Below are positions 9,107 to 19,817 of a stretch of DNA of 64,000 nt, piece after piece. The notes under the pieces are model-generated. The model made no database searches and had not been told where the DNA came from. It saw nothing but the letters and a program-made list of their open reading frames with translations. The stretch comes from an uncultured Methanosarcinaceae archaeon (GTDB lineage Archaea > Halobacteriota > Methanosarcinia > Methanosarcinales > Methanosarcinaceae). The position numbers and the translations under genes were made by a program. How positions within the stretch are numbered: the stretch's first letter is position 1; each line of letters begins with the position of its first letter. The stretch lies in NCBI GenBank assembly GCA_963721455.1, contig CAVRJG010000053.1:128001-192000 (forward strand), read 5' to 3'.

Positions 9107-9436
9107 TAAAAACATCTTAAAACAGTTCATCCGTAAAAGAAGTATTTTTAAAATTTTAAATTTGATTTAAACTGCAAATAATGTATCGAATACCAATTTA
9201 GCCATTTAGAAACCTTATTTATTAATATTAACCCATAATAATGGCTTTTTGCTGCTTTATGGGGGTTGAGAATAGTCTTCCAGTTGAAAGATGACCATAC
9301 TAAAAAGATAAAACGTTTTTTTAAGATAAAACGTTTTTTTGAATATCCAGTAGAAGAAAGCAAAAGAAAAATTAAAGGGAAAGCATGAAGGAAAAAGCCG
9401 GCAACAGAGCCTGGAAACTCTTTTCTTTTTTTGAAG

Positions 9437-10441
9437 TCAGGCATCAGGCCTTTCCAGCTTTTCCAGTATTTCCGGATGCTCTTCAGGCTTTTCAGTTTGC
9501 TCTTTGGGCTGCTTTCCAGATGAAGTGAGCCTGAAAGCCTCAATATCCCAGTTCGCCCTTTTTGCCCCTGCCTGATATACACTTTCCAAGAAATCAAGTA
9601 CTGCTTTCTCGGGCGAATCTGCGTTTCGGACATCATTATACATGAGAAGCGCAAGCCCGGCCTGATGGTTCCAGAAAGCTTCTTTCGGGCTTAGAGGCTC
9701 ATTCATGAAACCAGCAGGCTGCGGATGCATGTACGCGTAAAAAGCAGGCTCCCTTACATTCTGATCCCCTGCCCAGAACCCGAAACTGATTATTTCATGC
9801 GAAGAAGATTCACGTTCAACAGGATTTGCCCCTTCCCTGACCGGAGCAGGCCTGCCTGAAAACCGCGTCAGAGCAAGGTCTGCGTGGTGCCAGAAAAAGT
9901 GCACAGGCGAGCTTTTCCCATTAAACCAGCCCCTGAAGACCTGAAAGATCGAATAGACCTGTACAAGGATTCTCCAGAACCTGTTCACATATTCTTCATC
10001 ATAAGATGCGAACTGAAAATCCGATGTAAACGGTTCTGTCACTCCAGGCATATCATAAGGTACCGGCTTGATGCCTGCCACGATCCCAAGTTCTCCCAGA
10101 CTTGAAAACACGCGGTCGTAAAACCCTGCAATAGGCAGCCCCTTTAAAGGCACGGTTTTCGAGTCCCCCTCACTTGTCTCGATCCTTAAAACATGTTCTT
10201 TGTCTCTGAAATCAAATTCCATCTCAAAAATCATGTCCTCATAAGGAATAGGCCCTGTAGTAAGCCCGCGCACCGAGACATAAAAAGGCACATGCCACCA
10301 GTGGTTCATTTTCGGAAATAACGCAAGCCTGACCTTTCCCACGATCTGCAGAAACAGGTGCAGCGTATTCTTCGTATCCTCCCATTCTTCAAGCGGCAAA
10401 GCCGGAAATTGTACATCCCGCGTAAAACTGGTGTTTACCAT
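9437..10441 (-). CDS. DUF5996-like protein
   Basis: TLHLFLQIVGKVRL, NHWWHVPFYVSVRGLTT, GKSSPVHFFWH, GFWAGD and EPAFYAY motifs; ATG at 10441 preferred over TTG at 10471. Confidence 0.8.
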   Translation of the reverse strand: MVNTSFTRDVQFPALPLEEWEDTKNTLHLFLQIVGKVRLALFPKMNHWWHVPFYVSVRGLTTGPIPYEDMIFEMEFDFRDKEHVLRIETSEGDSKTVPLKGLPIAGFYDRVFSSLGELGIVAGIKPVPYDMPGVTEPFTSDFQFASYDEEYVNRFWRILVQVYSIFQVFRGWFNGKSSPVHFFWHHADLALTRFSGRPAPVREGANPVERESSSHEIISFGFWAGDQNVREPAFYAYMHPQPAGFMNEPLSPKEAFWNHQAGLALLMYNDVRNADSPEKAVLDFLESVYQAGAKRANWDIEAFRLTSSGKQPKEQTEKPEEHPEILEKLERPDA

Positions 10442-10622
10442 AATATTCCCCCAAGAAAACTCCCAGATCAATGATAGTAAAGTTTACTGATAATCCTATT
10501 AGAGTTATAAGATTTATTGTATATAAACCGGTCAATTTATAAGTTAAAAACGTTTCCCGCACGAATAAAAAAAGTTGAAATATTGACTTTAAAACAGGAT
10601 CCTTAAAGTTTACTGATTACGT

Positions 10623-10991
10623 TTATTTTTCAGCCATTTTTGAGTGTTCCACGTATTCTATTACCGACCCATCGGGATGCCTTACCGTCATATTCCTGCC
10701 GGTCGGAACCTTATCCGGCCCCCGGATAATTTCTGCTCCTTTTTCTTCCAGATAAACTTTGAATTCATCGAGAGAATCAACAAGCATCGTAGCCTGCGTG
10801 TTTCTAAACGGTTTCAGAGCTTCTTCAGAGCCGGCTATTAGTAAAATATCTCCTACCTGAGCCAGTTCCAGGCCGATGTGTGGGATTTCAAAACGCATGG
10901 CTGCGGGAGCTCCAAGAAGTTCTTCATAGAATTCGAGGGCTGAGTTAAGGTCGTTTATGTAGAGGCGGGAGAGGGTTTTTAGGATTTTCAT
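10623..10991 (-). CDS. VOC/glyoxalase-family protein
   Basis: DLNSALEFYEELLG ... GAEIIRGP ... HPDGSVIEYVE pattern. Confidence 0.9.
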   Translation of the reverse strand: MKILKTLSRLYINDLNSALEFYEELLGAPAAMRFEIPHIGLELAQVGDILLIAGSEEALKPFRNTQATMLVDSLDEFKVYLEEKGAEIIRGPDKVPTGRNMTVRHPDGSVIEYVEHSKMAEK

Positions 10992-11011
10992 TATATCCCC
11001 ATTATCATTTC

Positions 11012-11189
11012 GGCTCTTCGCTGTTTTGTATGGGTTGAAAATAATTGCTTAGTTAGACGATTGTCCGGCCAAAATGAAAAACATCGAGCTTGACTGTGAT
11101 TTTCAACAACAAACGTTTTTAAATTTTATGCATGCTACTTCCATAGTTAGAAATGGATGTAAATTACCCACTCGAAACAGCGAAAAGCC
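11012..11189. mobile_element. MITE family A (178 bp)
   Basis: Terminal IR GGCTCTTCGCTGTTT / AAACAGCGAAAAGCC; near-identical inverted copy at 32357-32534. Confidence 0.9.
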
Positions 11190-11229
11190 GTAATTTCTAA
11201 CCTAAAATCATAAATGAATAAGACCAGTA

Positions 11230-14200
11230 TTAGATGCCTACTACTATACCAATTACTTTATTAATTTCTCCGATTATATTTTCCCTGTACCGGAAGATAT
11301 CTTTCAGTGGTCGTTTTCCATAGTGTGCGTCACCATTTCTGTATTTAGATACCAGAGCACAAGCTTCTGACACTATATTCCACTTCTCTTGTGGCATAAA
11401 GTTCCTTATGAACTTATAAGAATCCTTAACATAGGGATTATTTATAGATTCAATGTTAACGTTAAATGTATTTTCAATCAAACCCTCTAGGGCACCTAAA
11501 TTGATTGTTCTGCTGTCTGTCTTCCGTAAAGGATTTCTTAGTTCAAAAGGAATTCTCTCGATATCCTCTGCCTCATCTCCCCACCAGTAAATGTCAGGGA
11601 CAGGACTGCCATGTTTACCTAATACTTCTTTCCGTAGTTTTACAGAAAAATTGTCGTGCAAATAAGTTTCAAGCCCCTTTCCGTATTCCACAAAAGCTAA
11701 TGAAAAGTCAAAATCCACAGACTTTTTTCGCTGCACAGCATCCAGTATAACTTCTTCAGCAGTCTTAAAAATGTCAATGATTTTTTTATCTTTAATTTTA
11801 CTTAGATTTATAACATTTCTTGAGAAAATATCATATATTTCCTTTAGTTCTTCATATCTTTTTAACTTACAACCAGAATTTTGAACACCTTTTGAATTAT
11901 TGTACATTTGAAGTTTGTTTATGGCACAGTCCATACATTTATATGCTTCTTTGAATTCGCGTTTTCCTGCATAAAGAACTGAAATTTTGTGCTGGGCCGA
12001 AGAACAGAAAAGTAAGTATTCCAAAGAATCATTCTGTTTTTTAAATGAAACTCTGACAATTTCCTTCAAGATATCTTCTGCTTCTGCATAATCTTTACCA
12101 AAATATTTTAAATAAGCTTTTTCTTCGAGTAAAGCGACCTTAACCAGTTCATTTTTCTCAAAACTCAGGCCTCTTTCAATAAGATGTCCTGCCTCAACTG
12201 TTAACCCAAATTCGTTGAACTGCTTGACTGCTATCAAATACCCATTTTTCCAGTACTCTTTCTTATTTTTATTTTTTGAATTTATTTTGTCAATTATGGG
12301 ATGGAGAACTTTATAAAATAAATCATTATTGTTAAAATAGATGAGCTCGTCCTTGCAGACTTCAAAAATATCCCAGCAACAATCAGATAGAGCCTCTTCA
12401 GTTCTGATCAAATCGAGTGCCTCTTCCAGCTCTCTAATTCCACTTCTTATATCCCAAACTTTAATAAGAACCAGTCCTAAGAGGCAATGAGCCCTGAAAA
12501 GTATGTCTTCTTCAGTTGAGTCGCTGATAACTTCTATCAGGATAACTTCTGCTTTCTTAAAATCTTCAAGTGTGTAATAACACTTTGAACACTCAAGCTT
12601 GAGTCTCTGTATAACATCATGAAGCTTAAGAACTTCCCCGGAAATTTCAAATTTTGTATTTTCTTTCCTGTCGATTTTTTTAAGTTCTTTTATTGTATTT
12701 TCCAAACGAATTATGCTCTTTTTAGGTTCAAGCGTATAAGATGTTATAGAAAATGTGTCAAAGACTTTTGAACGGACACCCGAGGCCTCCAGTATTATAC
12801 CTATTTTATTGCCTTTCGTAGACAATTTATACTGGAGAAAGCGATTGTCCTCATGCACTATAACAAGATCTACCCATTCTTTATCAGAATTATCTGAAAA
12901 AATTGTAAAATCTATCTCAATTTCATTTATATGTTTTAGCGCAAGAGACCTTATGTTTGTAATCCATTCTCTAGCACATTTTTCCCTAGTCCAATATTCG
13001 TTCAGTTTAAATAGAGGAAATATTTCTTCATTAATATCTTCTTCAATGGCATCAACCATACTATCCTCATAGATATCAGCAAGCTCCACGAGTATATGGA
13101 GAAATTTGAATTTTAACAAGTCTTGGTGATCCCCGAAGTACAAAGCTAGATCATAAAGGATGGAAATCTTTTTAGGAATTGAAAAACCTTCAAGTTCTTG
13201 ATTCAGTTTCTCGAAGCACTCATTAGCCTTATGTTTATCTTTCAGATGGCAGTACATAATGGCCATATTTGAGAGTTCGATATACTGGACAAAATGGGGT
13301 TTGGTATTGAGTTTAAAGAATCTTCCTAAACGATGACTTCCATGAATCTTTTTGAGACTTTCTAGTGTGCTGGATATTCTGGTATGAAGGGTAAAAAACC
13401 TCGAAATTCCGTAAGCCTTCTTATAATACCTAAGTGAAAGCGAATATTCGTTAGTTTCCTGGTAAATTTCTGCAATCCATGAAGCACAAAGGTAATTCAG
13501 GTACTGATCATTTGTGTTTTTCTGGATAGTGGAAAAGATGCATATAGAACTTTCATAATCTCTCTCTTCATACAATTTTCTGGCCTCGTTATATGCCAGA
13601 TAATATAGAAAGCTGCGCTTTCCAAAAACACTTAAATTTGTATCTGAGATGCAGATGTTAAGATCATCACAGTATCTGTTCAATAGTGTTATCTTATTTT
13701 CTTCACTAAGGGATTTAAACCAGAAAAATTGGGAAATAAAAATCGAATCCATATAAAACTTTAAAAACTTAGCAATTTCTTTGTCATTCTGACTCTTAAT
13801 AAATTCATACTTTTTAAGTAGAGTCTCTACTTTCAGTACAAATTCAGGGCTAGAGTTAAAAAGTGCAAAAAGGGGAGATTCTGTAAACAGCTCGCCTCCA
13901 GCATAGAGTCTTCGAAAATAGGGTTTTATATTTTCATAGAGGAACCTACTTTGGTATCTAAAATCTGCGAAATCTAAACTTTCAAGAGTTTTCCTTTTTT
14001 CTAGTTCATGGAAAAACAGACCTTCCTTATCTTTTTCAGAAAAACTCTCACCTAAATACTTCCTTGAACAATTTATTAATCTTTCGGAAGAGTTATCGCA
14101 TACTCCACCCCAACTAAAAGGCGAATCATCTTGCCATCTTATGGATATCCAATTATTGATATCCTCAATAGAACTCAAGGCATCAAGAACATCATTATCT

Positions 14201-14550
14201 TCATTTGCACTGGCTTGAGAGTACAGTTCTCGATAGTATTCATTAGATTTAAAGTCACTTAGCTGTGCATTATTAGACAATCTACTTAATAAATTGCAAA
14301 CTGTTGTATCATGCGTCGAGTTAAATAAGAATGGGTCCTTTAATTTTTTTGGATCAGTCGAATCGTCGTAGCAGGTAAATAAAGAACCATCTTTCAAATA
14401 TTTCTCAAGGAGGGTGTACTCAATATAAGCAAGTACTTCCCCAAGATCAAAATTTTCCTGTTCAATGCGCTTACAAACATATATGCTAAAATAGGGGTCG
14501 TGAAGAACTCTCATTATGAAGAGTCCGTTAAGCAGCCTTTGTCTGTACAC
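11230..14550 (-). CDS. Large TPR-repeat protein with a C-terminal HEPN-like domain; start uncertain
   Basis: 1106-aa AT-rich ORF; TPR-like helices (IAEIYQETNEYSLSLRYYKKAY; LLGLVLIKVWDIRSGIRELEEAL); C-terminal EYGKGLETYL ... KYRNGDAHYG. Confidence 0.75.
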   Translation of the reverse strand: MYRQRLLNGLFIMRVLHDPYFSIYVCKRIEQENFDLGEVLAYIEYTLLEKYLKDGSLFTCYDDSTDPKKLKDPFLFNSTHDTTVCNLLSRLSNNAQLSDFKSNEYYRELYSQASANEDNDVLDALSSIEDINNWISIRWQDDSPFSWGGVCDNSSERLINCSRKYLGESFSEKDKEGLFFHELEKRKTLESLDFADFRYQSRFLYENIKPYFRRLYAGGELFTESPLFALFNSSPEFVLKVETLLKKYEFIKSQNDKEIAKFLKFYMDSIFISQFFWFKSLSEENKITLLNRYCDDLNICISDTNLSVFGKRSFLYYLAYNEARKLYEERDYESSICIFSTIQKNTNDQYLNYLCASWIAEIYQETNEYSLSLRYYKKAYGISRFFTLHTRISSTLESLKKIHGSHRLGRFFKLNTKPHFVQYIELSNMAIMYCHLKDKHKANECFEKLNQELEGFSIPKKISILYDLALYFGDHQDLLKFKFLHILVELADIYEDSMVDAIEEDINEEIFPLFKLNEYWTREKCAREWITNIRSLALKHINEIEIDFTIFSDNSDKEWVDLVIVHEDNRFLQYKLSTKGNKIGIILEASGVRSKVFDTFSITSYTLEPKKSIIRLENTIKELKKIDRKENTKFEISGEVLKLHDVIQRLKLECSKCYYTLEDFKKAEVILIEVISDSTEEDILFRAHCLLGLVLIKVWDIRSGIRELEEALDLIRTEEALSDCCWDIFEVCKDELIYFNNNDLFYKVLHPIIDKINSKNKNKKEYWKNGYLIAVKQFNEFGLTVEAGHLIERGLSFEKNELVKVALLEEKAYLKYFGKDYAEAEDILKEIVRVSFKKQNDSLEYLLFCSSAQHKISVLYAGKREFKEAYKCMDCAINKLQMYNNSKGVQNSGCKLKRYEELKEIYDIFSRNVINLSKIKDKKIIDIFKTAEEVILDAVQRKKSVDFDFSLAFVEYGKGLETYLHDNFSVKLRKEVLGKHGSPVPDIYWWGDEAEDIERIPFELRNPLRKTDSRTINLGALEGLIENTFNVNIESINNPYVKDSYKFIRNFMPQEKWNIVSEACALVSKYRNGDAHYGKRPLKDIFRYRENIIGEINKVIGIVVGI

Positions 14551-14575
14551 GCATTTTTTTGATTCAATGTTTCTA

Positions 14576-15828
14576 GTGCATCGATTCCATACTTCTTGAA
14601 TAAAAATTAATATAATACTTTAATTATAATAATATTTATGGGTCGTATAAGCCGCCGTTCCAAGTTATCACTTACTAGAGAAGAAGAAGATTACTTGATT
14701 AAGTTAAGTAATTCCAGAAGTCAATCAGCAAGCCTTGTTGAACGAGCTAAAATTGTGCTTTTAAGTGTTCAGGGAATAAACGATACTGAAATCTCTCTGG
14801 AATTAAACGTTGCTTACAATACCGTAAGAACTCGAATACAAAGAGTTTTGGATTTTGGAGTTAGAGAAAGCCTGAAGGACAAAAAAGGAGGTGGAAGACC
14901 AAGAACTATTACAGACGAATCTCGTGCATGGATGATCAAGATTGCATGTATGAAACCAAAAGATTTTGGGTATCCACATGAAATATGGACACAGAGACTC
15001 TTAACTAAATATGTGCAGAAAAACTGTGTCAAGGAAGGACATCCTGAATTATCAAAGATAAGTCAGGGAACGATTTCAAAAATCTTGAATGCAAGTAGCA
15101 TAAAACCACATAAAATCAAGTATTACACCGCCAAAGTGGACCCAGATTTTGATGAAAAGGCAACGAAAGTTTTGGGCACATATAAAGAAGTTAAAAAACT
15201 AAAAAAAATTAAAAAAAAGAAAACGTTAGATAGAGCAATATTTTCATGTGATGAAAAAACAGGTATTCAAGCTATTGGAAATAAGTATCCAGATCTGATG
15301 CCAGTAGAAGGAAAATATCCTAAGATGGCAAGGGATCATGAGTATATTAGACATGGTACTCTTTCATTATTTGCTTGTACTGATCTGATTACTGGGAAAG
15401 TTCATCACAAAGTTTTTGAAAAAAATAGAAGTCGTGAGTTTATTGAGATTTTGAAAGAAATAATTTCAGATTACCAGGATACAAAAATAGTCGTGATTCT
15501 TGATAACTACATAATACACATATCAGAAGAAACTAAAAAATATCTAAGTACCTTGAAAAAGGGAAAGTTAAAGTTCGTATTCACACCAATACATGGAAGC
15601 TGGTTGAATATTATTGAAAGTTTCTTCAGCAAAATGATTAGAAGCTTTTTAAGGGCAATAAGAGTAGAATCTGCAGAGGAATTGAAGGATAGGATTGCTC
15701 AATACATAAATTTACTCAATGAGGAACCTGTGATATTTATGTGGAAATATAAAGTTGAAGAAAAAGATAAGATTCCCGGTGGAATTACGATATGAAAAAA
15801 ATATGCAATTAATTTGGAATCGATGCAC
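14576..15828 (+). mobile_element. IS630-family insertion sequence
   Basis: Terminal IR GTGCATCGATTCCA / TGGAATCGATGCAC, flanked by TA on both sides (CTAG context). Confidence 0.9.
14638..15795 (+). CDS. IS630-family transposase
   Basis: N-terminal HTH and GRPR; CDEKTGIQA, HEYIRHGT, ILDNY and SWLNIIESFFS DDE motifs. Confidence 0.92.
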   Translation: MGRISRRSKLSLTREEEDYLIKLSNSRSQSASLVERAKIVLLSVQGINDTEISLELNVAYNTVRTRIQRVLDFGVRESLKDKKGGGRPRTITDESRAWMIKIACMKPKDFGYPHEIWTQRLLTKYVQKNCVKEGHPELSKISQGTISKILNASSIKPHKIKYYTAKVDPDFDEKATKVLGTYKEVKKLKKIKKKKTLDRAIFSCDEKTGIQAIGNKYPDLMPVEGKYPKMARDHEYIRHGTLSLFACTDLITGKVHHKVFEKNRSREFIEILKEIISDYQDTKIVVILDNYIIHISEETKKYLSTLKKGKLKFVFTPIHGSWLNIIESFFSKMIRSFLRAIRVESAEELKDRIAQYINLLNEEPVIFMWKYKVEEKDKIPGGITI

Positions 15829-15857
15829 TAGATTTAAAACACGCTAATCAATGTAAA

Positions 15858-17303
15858 TTGATATTCACTAGAATTAAAAAGAGAAATAATTTTAAACTAT
15901 GTAATTTATTTTGCTCAATATATGGTCATAAAAATAACGTTGAAAAGGCAACTGAATATAATGAAAAATGTTTCCAAATAGCTGAACTCGAAAAGAAAGA
16001 TGAATTGATAGCTGTTGCACTCGCAAATAAAGCGAGTCTATTCGAGAACAAGGACAACGAACTCAGATTGAATCACTACATAGAAGCGTTGGAAATTCTT
16101 GAAAGCTTTGAAGACTTAGAAAACGTGGCAAATGTTTCCAAAAACATCGCAATTGTTTATTCAGAGATGGGAAATTTTGGAGAAGCCTATAAATTCATTA
16201 GGAGATCTTTGGAAATACACAACGAAAGGAGCGCCCTTTACAGCATTGCAGTTACTAAATTTTCATTCGCCACAATATATTTCAAAGATCCTGCAAAACC
16301 CGTAAGCTACGATCAAATAATTGAATGCTTTGAAGATGTTTTTGAAATATATGACAAGATCGGTCACAAAAGAGGAGTCGCAGAAACTCTATCTTCAATT
16401 GGGAATGTATATAGTAAAATTGGGAATCTTAGACTGGCAATAAAAAATACTCAGGAAGCTTTTGAAATATATGAGAAAATAAATGATAAAGAAAAAGCTG
16501 TAGACAGCCTATTCTCAATTGCTAACATATATACAAAGGCTAAAAATTTTGAACTATCTATAGAAACCCTTCGAAAAGCCCGCGATTTACATTCATCATT
16601 TAATCAAGAGAGAAACAGAGAAGATTTAGTAATATCTCTAGCAGAAGTTCTTTTATTAGCAGGAAATCCCAAAGAAGCCCTTGATGAAGTATACAAAATT
16701 ATTGAGTTAGGTAATGAAAAAGATTCTTTAAAAAATAGGGAACAAGCTTTAGCACTTTTCTTCGCCACAGTTTCATCTATTATGCTAAACGAAGTTAATC
16801 AATCTTCTCAGTTTTTACAAAAAATTGGAAAATTAGATAATAAAGAGTTTGAAGTAAACTGGGACTTTTCAGACATTGAACCTACTCTAACCAAGTTGGG
16901 GGAAAATAAACAATTGCTCTTAGATGCAATAGCTCTTTTGAAGGGTGAAACAAGTTTTCCGATTATCAGACCTGAAGGTATTCAGATATTAGAAGAAGAG
17001 AAAGGCAAAGAATCGGAAGTTTATCATCCTTTTGTTGGGTGTTTAACACTTTCGGCGATCGATAGCGACTTAGAGAAACTAATTAAACAAATTGATCAAT
17101 CTCAAACGATTAACTTTGACACGTCCAGTATATTGGGTTTAGAACGTAAAAAAGCATTATTAATGTTAGGACTTTTGTCAAAAAAAGGAATTTGCGAAGT
17201 ACAATTCTTGGAAGGACAAAATTATGGATTAAAATTAACTAAAAAAGGATTAAAACTACTAAAATCTATTTTAATATCTGGAAAACACATATCTTCGTCA
17301 TGA
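15858..17303 (+). CDS. TPR-repeat protein with probable C-terminal winged helix; 5' end abuts IS630
   Basis: NIAIVYSEMGNFGEAYKFIRRSLEI and SIGNVYSKIGNLRLAIKNTQEAFEI repeats; frame stays open back into the IS end. Confidence 0.8.
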   Translation: MIFTRIKKRNNFKLCNLFCSIYGHKNNVEKATEYNEKCFQIAELEKKDELIAVALANKASLFENKDNELRLNHYIEALEILESFEDLENVANVSKNIAIVYSEMGNFGEAYKFIRRSLEIHNERSALYSIAVTKFSFATIYFKDPAKPVSYDQIIECFEDVFEIYDKIGHKRGVAETLSSIGNVYSKIGNLRLAIKNTQEAFEIYEKINDKEKAVDSLFSIANIYTKAKNFELSIETLRKARDLHSSFNQERNREDLVISLAEVLLLAGNPKEALDEVYKIIELGNEKDSLKNREQALALFFATVSSIMLNEVNQSSQFLQKIGKLDNKEFEVNWDFSDIEPTLTKLGENKQLLLDAIALLKGETSFPIIRPEGIQILEEEKGKESEVYHPFVGCLTLSAIDSDLEKLIKQIDQSQTINFDTSSILGLERKKALLMLGLLSKKGICEVQFLEGQNYGLKLTKKGLKLLKSILISGKHISSS

Positions 17304-17480
17304 TACTTGCTCTTTTACGTTGCAAGTTGAAGTATCATAAAAGAGAATACTGAAGAATATTTACTAAGCAATATGCTTTTTAATGCTGCTTTGCTTGCTA
17401 TTCAGTAAAATACTTGAATCACGGTTCCTATGACTTGTTATGTTCCCTACATGCCAATAAAAAAGTAGTTTCCGTATTAG

Positions 17481-19120
17481 CTTGACATTGTCAAATTAAA
17501 TCATTATTGCAGATATCGAAACCTATTTCCACTCAAATCTACTCCATCTTGAAACTTTTTACCTTCCCATTTTTGTTTCTTCTATTTTCTTCTTAATCAA
17601 TAGTTGCCTTAATTTCACTGTCATAAATTTTTCCTGCTAAAATTGCATACTTACCAGTAACCAGAACAAGAATCCAATTTCTCTAATCCGAAAAATTATG
17701 AACTTCTTAACCTGCTAACTCTTGCCTTCCTTCTCAGCTCATTATCTTGATTTAATATTCTTGCAATTTCCCAAGCATCGATTCTTTTCAATGGATTATG
17801 GTACTTCAGTATCCATATGATCCCAGGAATTGAAATCTTATACATTTTGTTGAATTTTTTCAGATAAGAGAGTAAAATAAGCATTGCAAGCATTACCAAT
17901 GCCATATGATGGTGCCATGCATTCCAATTTCTCACCATATATTCTGCCATTCCACAGTTTCCCTTTGCATCCTGAAATGCTCTCTCAATCCAATACCTTG
18001 AACTCTGCATTTTTGCAAGTTCTTCTAATGGAGCATCCTCAGAAGCGTTGCATAATGAGTATTTTATTTCATTTGATTCTGAATCTTTACTTATGAGAAG
18101 CCATAGTGGCTTCTCACAAGGCAAGTTATTCTGACGTCTCCAAACCTTTATGGCCTTAAAATAGACTTTTTTGTACCCTCTTTCCGTTTTTCTAACTTTG
18201 ATAAGTTTCCATCCTTCAATTAAACTGGAAAGAAAATCAACCCTTGTTGATAATGTATTCAAAACTTTGGGAATAACAGGTTTCCTTCCTCTTGTTCCCT
18301 TTTTCTCAGGAATCCCAACTAATGGTTTCTCAATATAGACGAGAGTATCAACAGCTATGTCTGCAACGAAAGTTAAGCCTCTACTTTCAAGTTCTGTCAA
18401 TAACTCAGGATTTTCACCGTAGAATCCATCCATTGTGACATAGGAGAAAGGAATACCTTCTTCTATTGCATTATCAATCATTTCAAGACCAAGTTCATAC
18501 TTGGTTCGGAACTTTATCTCCTCACGAGGAATTTTAGCCTTTAAACAACGTGCCTTGTCATCAATCCATTTTTGTGGGAGATATAATCTCTCATCAATCA
18601 ACATTCTCTTATTTTTCTTAAAATAAGCAAGGAATACGCCAACCTGACAATTATCCTTTTTTCCAAGGTTACCGCAATACTGATGAGAAACTCCGACAGA
18701 ACTATTTCCAGATTTTTTTATGCTTGATTCGTCAAGTATAAGAACACCATTTTTACCTATAGTTTGAATGGCTTTTGTTCGAACAGATTTGAGGAGATCT
18801 GCAGAACGCCAAGGAGAAGTTGAGAGGAAATGGCTTAGTGATTGGTTGTTAGAGCATTTACAACAGTAAATTGCCATTTTTCTCATATTTTTCCTATAGG
18901 GGAGGAGAAGCAAACCATTAAGGTAATCAATACAGGTTAAAACCATACAACGAGTTTTCGTTTGAAAATAGAATTCAAGATGCTTCTCTGAAATGTATTT
19001 TTCTACAGAGATATTATTTGACTTGATGAAGTCAGCTGTTATTTGTTTCACTAAACCAAATTTATAGGGGAAAAATTATACTTCACGGTAGACGTGAAAA
19101 GGAAATGTGACAAAGTCAAG
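17481..19120 (-). mobile_element. IS701-family insertion sequence
   Basis: Terminal IR CTTGACATTGTCA / TGACAAAGTCAAG; 4-bp target duplication TTAG (17477-17480 and 19121-19124). Confidence 0.9.
17696..19051 (-). CDS. IS701-family transposase
   Basis: ILDESSIKKSGNSSVGVSHQYCGNLGKKDNCQVGV, MDGFYG and RYWIERAFQDAK motifs. Confidence 0.92.
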   Translation of the reverse strand: MKQITADFIKSNNISVEKYISEKHLEFYFQTKTRCMVLTCIDYLNGLLLLPYRKNMRKMAIYCCKCSNNQSLSHFLSTSPWRSADLLKSVRTKAIQTIGKNGVLILDESSIKKSGNSSVGVSHQYCGNLGKKDNCQVGVFLAYFKKNKRMLIDERLYLPQKWIDDKARCLKAKIPREEIKFRTKYELGLEMIDNAIEEGIPFSYVTMDGFYGENPELLTELESRGLTFVADIAVDTLVYIEKPLVGIPEKKGTRGRKPVIPKVLNTLSTRVDFLSSLIEGWKLIKVRKTERGYKKVYFKAIKVWRRQNNLPCEKPLWLLISKDSESNEIKYSLCNASEDAPLEELAKMQSSRYWIERAFQDAKGNCGMAEYMVRNWNAWHHHMALVMLAMLILLSYLKKFNKMYKISIPGIIWILKYHNPLKRIDAWEIARILNQDNELRRKARVSRLRSS

Positions 19121-19161
19121 TTAGATTTAAATTTCATAAAAAGATTTGTATTTATTGACAG

Positions 19162-19791
19162 ATGAGTAAAATGCATACTGAAAGCAATAATCTTCAGGAT
19201 TACCTCAAAAAGAGTGAAGTCATAAACTATGATCACAGGTTGATTGTTGATAAGTGCCTTGAATTAAAAGAAGGCACCGACGACGAAATCAGCCTGATTA
19301 AGAAGGTTTATGAGTTTGTTCGGGATGAGATTCATCATTCAGGGGATATAGGGGAAATAAGAGTTACCTGTAAGGCATCAGAGGTTTTAGAGTTTGGTCA
19401 TGGAATATGTTGTGCTAAAGCTCATCTGCTTGCAGCCATGCTGAGATTTTTTGGGATACCGGCTGGATTTTGTTATCAGAAACTTTGTTCAAGTCAGGAT
19501 GTTGATAAGAAATTCTTGCACGGCTTAAACGCTGTATATTTAAAAGATTTAAACCGATGGATAAGATTAGATGCAAGAGGTAATAAGCCGGGTCTGGATG
19601 CTCAGTTTTCCATATACGAAGAAAAGATTGCAAAGCCCGTTAGAAAAGAGCTTGGGGAAGAAGATAATCCCGTAATATTCATAGAGCCCAATCCGACTGT
19701 TGTTGAAATATTAAAGAAAAGTAATAACATGAAAGAATTATGGATGCAGTGGGAACTTGCGCTGAGAGACTTGTTTAGCACAAGGAATTAA
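19162..19791 (+). CDS. Transglutaminase-like superfamily protein
   Basis: GICCAKAHLLAAMLR...HGLNAVYL...WIRLDARG Cys-His-Asp triad pattern. Confidence 0.88.
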   Translation: MSKMHTESNNLQDYLKKSEVINYDHRLIVDKCLELKEGTDDEISLIKKVYEFVRDEIHHSGDIGEIRVTCKASEVLEFGHGICCAKAHLLAAMLRFFGIPAGFCYQKLCSSQDVDKKFLHGLNAVYLKDLNRWIRLDARGNKPGLDAQFSIYEEKIAKPVRKELGEEDNPVIFIEPNPTVVEILKKSNNMKELWMQWELALRDLFSTRN

Positions 19792-19817
19792 TTTGGGATT
19801 TGTGCAGTCGCGGTTTT

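Noticed and set aside
9148-9654. 168-aa minus-strand ORF
   Set aside because: Overlaps the DUF5996-like gene out of frame and runs into AT-rich intergenic DNA
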